DNA from: Chiloscyllium plagiosum
Lineage: Eukaryota
Direction of reading: 5' to 3'
DNA: 64,000 nt
Assembly (NCBI RefSeq): GCF_004010195.1
Contig: NC_057756.1
Location: 5,436,093 to 5,500,092 of the forward strand
Numbering within the stretch: position 1 is the first letter of the stretch; each line of letters begins with the position of its first letter. Made by a program: the position numbers and the translations under genes. Shown here piece by piece: positions 62,091 to 64,000 of this stretch. The notes beneath the pieces were generated by a model, which did not search any database, was not told where the DNA came from, and saw only the letters and a list, made by a program, of their open reading frames with translations.

Positions 62091-62350
62091 AGGAGAGATT
62101 TTGACTTTATTTCCTGCTCATTGCCTGACTCCCCCACTTTCCATGATCCTCCAATCCCATCACTGGAAAATCATTAAACTAAATTATTTGTTGAAGTCCT
62201 GAACTAACCATTTGAAAAGGATAAATCCTGCTACCTATTCTGTTAAGATTACACCTCCCTCCCCCGCCCCAAACATCACCTCCACCATTAATCACTGAAA
62301 ACTCATGCACAAAGCTCTCAGCACTCCACCCCCACCTGTCACACTTTTAC

Positions 62351-62377
62351 CTTGGGTGTCCTGGGCCACAGCAAACC
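62351..62377 (-). CDS. Candidate 27-bp microexon of the ZP gene (end of signal peptide)
   Basis: tttctgatttgttgcag acceptor, AAG|gtaaaa donor, phase 1-1. xFAVAQDTQ has an AxA-Q signal peptidase pattern. Confidence 0.5.
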
Positions 62378-63661
62378 CTGCAACAAATCAGAAACACTAA
62401 GTTCATTTTTTGCACAAACATGTTCCCGGGCAGTAACGTGAATTGAGACATCAGACCCCTAACACACAGGAAAGGTGATTCTTCCTCAGTGATGTGCGAG
62501 AGATGAAAGCATGTGGATTGTTGCAGAGTAAGTTAAATATCACAACACCAGGTTACAGTCCAACAGGCTTATTTGGAAGCACTAACTTTTGGAGCCTTCA
62601 TCAGGGAGCTGGTTGGAGAGGACCATAGGATACAACACAACAGCCTGTCCTCGGATGCTGCCTGAATTGCTGTGCTCTTCCAGCACCACTGATCCAGAAT
62701 CTGGTTTCCAGCATCTGCAGTCATTGTTTTTACAACATCACTGTGTCATGCAACTGATGCGATATATTACTGTTGTCCTTCATCTTTTAGAATGGGTTAC
62801 AGGTTTTGATTCATTAATATGTAAATCCCAGAACTCCTTTCAAGGTAAATTCCCAGATAACTTGATATTTTATAAAATAAAGGTGACACTGCATTAAAGG
62901 TGGAAGGTTAGAGTCTGTCTGCATTCCAATCTTGAGTCAGACTGGTTCTATTTCCAAAGTAGGATCTTACAAAATGTCGCAAGGGTTGACTGCCTGCAGA
63001 TTGTGTGCTTTTTGAGCAAAATAGAATGTTATAAAGTGGGCACCGTGTACTGCAAGACTCACATACAGGACTGTGATTTTCAGCAGTGAAGGAACAGCTG
63101 AAATCAAATTGTCATAAGGTGACTCAGGTAAGCCTTTTGTATTAGGGGCAAATGGAAACAGTCAACTTAGTGTGTCTTAATACCTGAGTGCAATTTACAA
63201 TAGACTTGAGCACCTCAGGGAGTTCAAGGTAGGAAGGGAAAGAGGTTTTGGGTTGGTTTTCCATAAACTTTTACAGCCTTCAAGAATTGTTCTGATCCAG
63301 TAGAAGAAGCTGTTTAATTGGTAAATATCTGCTAAAGTTCTGTTTTCTGTTTCTCTGAGTGGTATACTTTCTCCTGACATAGGTTGCCTTCCAATCAAAT
63401 GAAAGGATTGTTATGGTGCACAGGCCATTCCGCCCATCATGCCTGCATCTGTTGGCCAAATTAAGATTTGACTCATACATTTTGAGTAAGTGGTGAGCAG
63501 CAGAGGATGTAAGGGCCAAATGGAAAATCCTATCAGCGGTGAGATCAGTGGCTGAGGGACATAGTGAAGGGAAGGCAGCTGATTGGTGTCTATCTCTAGT
63601 CTTTAAAGTAAAGTTTGTGATCAGGTCTCTAGTTTATTTTTCTACAGAGTGTACACATTGT

Positions 63662-63971
63662 GGGCGGCACGGTGGCACAGTGGTTAGCACTGCTGCCTCG
63701 CAGCGCCAGAGATCCGGGTTCAATTCCCGACTCAGGCGACTGACTGTGTGGAGTTTGCACGTTCTCCCCGTGTCTGCGTGGGTTTCCTCCGGGGGCTCCG
63801 GTTTCCTCCCACAGTCACAAAGATGTGCAGGGTCAGGTGAATTGGCCATGCTAAATTGCCCATAGTGTTAGGTAAAGGGGTAAATGTAGGGGTATGGGTG
63901 GGTACGCTTCGGCGGGTCGGTGTGGACTTGTTGGGCCGAAGGGCCTGTTTCCACACTGTAAGTAATCTAAT
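63662..63971 (+). mobile_element. HE1-type SINE
   Basis: Near-identical to the 2947 copy. Confidence 0.9.
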
Positions 63972-64000
63972 TAGTATTTGCAATTTGAAGAACTTCAGAC

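Noticed and set aside
63183-63330. Candidate first exon of the ZP gene
   Set aside because: A donor-like site exists, but the phase-1 frame has a stop and no signal-peptide-like sequence.

Overview
Vertebrate genomic DNA, very probably a shark (HE1-type V-SINEs, dense CR1 LINEs, shark-type minisatellites), with three N-gaps. Four protein-coding genes are supported. (1) LSR/angulin-1 on +: coding exons 2-10 at 6788-20052 splice in frame to the C-terminal SRESLVV; exon 1 was not found. (2, 3) Two tandem, intronless FAM187-family Ig-domain genes on + (24557-26074 and 31404-32597), each preceded by a minisatellite. (4) A minus-strand EGF + ZP-module gene of the uromodulin/GP2/alpha-tectorin-like type (exons 60343 to 35503), with a GC-AG intron and candidate 5' microexons. 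The rest is mostly retroelements: nested CR1s, HE1 SINEs, Penelope-like elements and a Tx1/L1-like 3' end. The two most interesting non-genic signals are several short, TSD-flanked, often fold-back Penelope-derived elements carrying minimal hammerhead ribozyme cores, and an apparent LINE-mediated 3' transduction (two A-tails inside one 14-bp TSD). All family assignments come from motif recognition by eye; no database search was run, and repeat boundaries are approximate.
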